Of a DNA stretch of 64,000 bases, positions 60,912 through 64,000 are shown piece by piece. The translations under genes were made by a program, and so were the position numbers. The first letter of the stretch is position 1, and every line of letters begins with the position of its first letter. Under the pieces are notes generated by a model. That model had not been told where the DNA came from. It was given only the letters and a program-made list of their open reading frames with translations, and searched no databases. The DNA lies in the NCBI GenBank assembly GCA_024679065.1, contig JAGIQG010000009.1, positions 90,396,001 through 90,460,000 on the forward strand, read 5' to 3'. The DNA comes from Sphyrna mokarran (taxonomy: Eukaryota).

Positions 60912-63150
60912 TATATCCCTCCATTCCCATTCTGTTCATGTGCCCATCAAAGTATTTCTTAAATAACTTCAGAGTACCTGCCCCCACCACTTTACTTGGC
61001 AGCGCATTCCATACCCCAACCACCCTATGTGTGAAAAAACTCCCTCTAGCATCCAAATTATACTTTACCCCCCTCACCCTAAGCCCGTGACCCCTCGTGC
61101 TATTCAAGTCCATCCTAGGAAAAAGCTTAACCCTGTTTACTCTATCTATACCCCTCATAATCTTGTACACCTCTATTAGATCTCCTCTAAGTCTACGTCT
61201 TTCTAAGGAAAACAGTCCCAATTTGCCTAACCTCTCCTCGTAACTCAGACCTTCCATACCAGGCAGCATCCTGGTAAACCTCCTCTGCACTCTCTCCAGA
61301 GTCTCCACGTCCTTCCGGTAGTAAGGCGACCAGAACTGGATGCAGTATTCCAAATGAGGTCTAACCAACGTTTTATACAACTGCAACATTAAAGGCCAGC
61401 TCTTGTACTCTATACCCTTCCTATAAAGGCTAGCATACTATATGCTTTCTTCACAACCTTCTCCACTTGCTCTGCCACCTTCAGAGACTTGTTCACCTGC
61501 ACCCCCAGGTCCCTCTGCGTTTCTATACTCTTAATAGGTCTACCCTTTATCATATACCTCCCCCCTACATTCTTTCTCTCGAAATGCAACACCTCACATT
61601 TATCAGGATTGAATTCCACCTACCATCTGTCTGCCCAAGCTACCAGCCTATCTCTGTCCTGCTGCATCGCCTGACAATGATCCTCACTATCCGCAAGTCC
61701 AGCCATCTTTGTATCGTCTGCAAACTTGCTGATCACTTCACTTACTCCCTCTTCCAAGTCATTTATATATATTACAAATAGAAGAGGTCCCAGTACCGAG
61801 CCCTGCGGCACACCACTAGTGACCGACCTCCAGCTAGAAAAACACCCTTCCCCTATTACTCTCTGTCTCCTATTACCAAGCCAGTTACTTATCCATCTAG
61901 CTACCTGTCCTTGTATCCCATGAGCCTTCACCTTCTCAACTAACCTCCCATGAGGGACTTTGTCAAACACCTTACTAAAATCCATATAGACGACATCAAC
62001 GGCTCGCCCTTCGTCAACCGTTTTCATCACCTCCTCAAAAAATTCTACAAGATTTGTAAGGCACGACCTCCCCTTAACAAATCCATGCTGCGTATCCCTA
62101 ATCAGATTGCAATGCTGTAAGTGCCTATACGTCCTATCTCTAAGAATCCCCTCCAACAGCTTCCCTGCCACTGACGTCAAACTGACCGGTCTATAATTTC
62201 CAGGATTATCCCTACAACCCTTTTTAAACAACGGTACAACATTAGCTATTCTCCAGTCCTCTGGGACCTCAACTGTGTCCAAAGAAGAGACAAAGATTTG
62301 AGTCAGAGGTCCAGCAATTTCACCTCCTACCTCCCTAAGCAGCCTGGGATAAATGCCATCAGGCCCAGGAGATTTATCAGTTTTAATGCTACCTAGAAGC
62401 TCTAACATTTCCTCCCTCGATATGGATATTTCCCTCAACTGGTCCACAGTTCCCTCAGAGACAGGAGCTGTCAACAAGCCCCTCTCCTTCGTGAATACCG
62501 ACGCGAAGTATTCATTCAGGATCTCCACCATTCCCTCGGGCTCTAAGCACAGCTCCCCTCCTCTGACCCTAAGAGGTCCAATTTTTCCTCTAACCACCCT
62601 TTTATTCCTAACATAGGAGTAAAAAGCCTTTGGATTTTCCTTAATCCTATCCGCCAAAATCATTTCATGCCCCCTTTTTGCCCTTCTAACTTCCTGTTTG
62701 AGCTCCCTCCTACTCTCTCTATATTCCTTCAATGCTGTCTCGGTTCCCAGCTGCTTCGACCTATCATACGCTTCTCTTTTCTTCCTAACCAAGTCCTCAA
62801 TATCCCTACTAATCCACGGCTCTCTAATCCTACCTTTCCCATCTTTCCTCTTGGCCGGCACATATCTATCTTGCAACATTTTCAGTATTCCCTTGAAAGA
62901 GTCCCACATGCCTAGCATGGACTTACCCTCAAACAACCATTCCCAATCAGTTTCCATAAGTTCCTGCCTAATTCGACCGTAGTTAGCCTTCCCCCAATTC
63001 AGCACCCTGCCCCTAGGGCAACAAGCATCCTTTTCCATCTGTATCCTAAAGTAGACAGAATTGTGGTCACTGTTAGCCACATGTTCCCCCACTATAACAT
63101 CAACCACCTGCCCTGGCTCATTACTCAGAACTAAATCCAATATAGTCCTT
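60912..63150 (-). mobile_element. Young CR1 LINE ORF2 (end of endonuclease + RT), 5'-truncated, with one nonsense codon (61620-61622) and one frameshift (~61415)
   Basis: 506-aa ORF with KSPGPDG, NYRPVSLTS, QHGF..GRSCLTNL, DFSK.FDKVPH, GVPQGSVLGPLLF, FADD; continues in ORFs 61410..61619 and 60769..61389. Confidence 0.97.
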
Positions 63151-64000
63151 CTATAGTCGGGCTACTATGAAGACCAGCACAAAATACCTGTTCAATGCTA
63201 CAGACATTTTCTCCTTTCCAGTTATTACATTCCCCTTCTCATCCTCTAAAGGACCAATGTTTACTTTAGCTACTCTTTTTTGTTTTATGTATTTGTAGAA
63301 ACTCTTGTTTTTTTTTATATTTTGAATTAGTTTACTCTCAGAATCCATCTTACTTTTCTTTATAGCCTTTTTTGTGGCTTTCGGTTGCCATTTAAAGATT
63401 TCCCAATCCTCTAATTTCCCACAAATCTTTGCCACTTTGTATACATTTTCTTTCAATTTGACACCTTCTTTTATTTCCTCAGATATCCATGGCTGATTAT
63501 CTCTTTTTCTACAGTCCTTCCTTATTACCAGCATAGACTTTTGTTGAGCACTGTGAAAAATCACTTTGAAAGTCCTCCACTATTCCTTAATTGTCCCACC
63601 ATAAAGTTTTTGCTCCCAGTCAATGTTAGTCACCTCCTCCCTCATGCCATTGTAATCTTCTTTGTTTAAGCACAAGACGCTGGTATTGGATTTTACCTTC
63701 TCATGCTGCACATGTATTTTAAATTGAACTATACTGTGATTACTTCTTCCAAGAGGATCCCTAACTGTGAGATCATTAATCGTTCCTGTCTCATTACCCA
63801 GGACCAGATCTAGGATAGCTTGCTGTCTTGTCGGTTCCAGTACATACTGTTCAAGGAAGCTATCGTGGATACATTCTATGAACTCCTCCTCAAGGCTGCC
63901 TTGACAGACCTGGTTTGACCAATTGATACTGAGATTAAAATCCCCCATGATAATTGCTGTACCATTTTTACATCCATCAGTTATTTCTTTGTTTATCTCT
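63151..64000 (-). mobile_element. Second CR1 (different subfamily), endonuclease region
   Basis: MGDFN..INW, Q.V.EPTR..AILDLVL, PW; several stops. Confidence 0.9.

Noticed and set aside
61620-63140. 506-aa reverse transcriptase as a domesticated gene or novel RT system
   Set aside because: Ordinary CR1 ORF2, 5'-truncated with a nonsense codon and a frameshift; several decayed relatives in the window

Overview
Eukaryotic, TE-rich genomic DNA, most likely from an elasmobranch (shark), judged from HE1-type SINEs, a Deu-domain SINE, shark-type CR1/Penelope repeats and the gene sequence. The only host protein-coding gene I can support is an intact six-exon MHC class II beta-chain gene on the minus strand (58657->31836, 271 aa, all GT-AG phase-1 introns). 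Its promoter has an X1/X2 box, a variant Y box and six further inverted CCAAT boxes. The rest is CR1, L2, RTE, Rex/Babar, Penelope, Gypsy and Harbinger-like relics, SINEs, two minisatellites and a ~3.8 kb segmental duplication (1-3850 vs ~21436-24947). The best candidate for an undescribed system is three orphan MHC-II X1-X2-Y modules (15093, 19253, 25254) in non-TE islands 6.5-17 kb downstream of the gene, with nearby NF-kB and IRF/Ets sites. This suggests a distal RFX/NF-Y/CIITA enhancer cluster analogous to mammalian S'-Y'/XL elements. Other signals include templated insertions, apparent gene-conversion tracts, hammerhead-like motifs and a fold-back Penelope insertion, and dense 2-6 bp deletions in intronic TEs. 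All analysis was by eye and TE boundaries are approximate.
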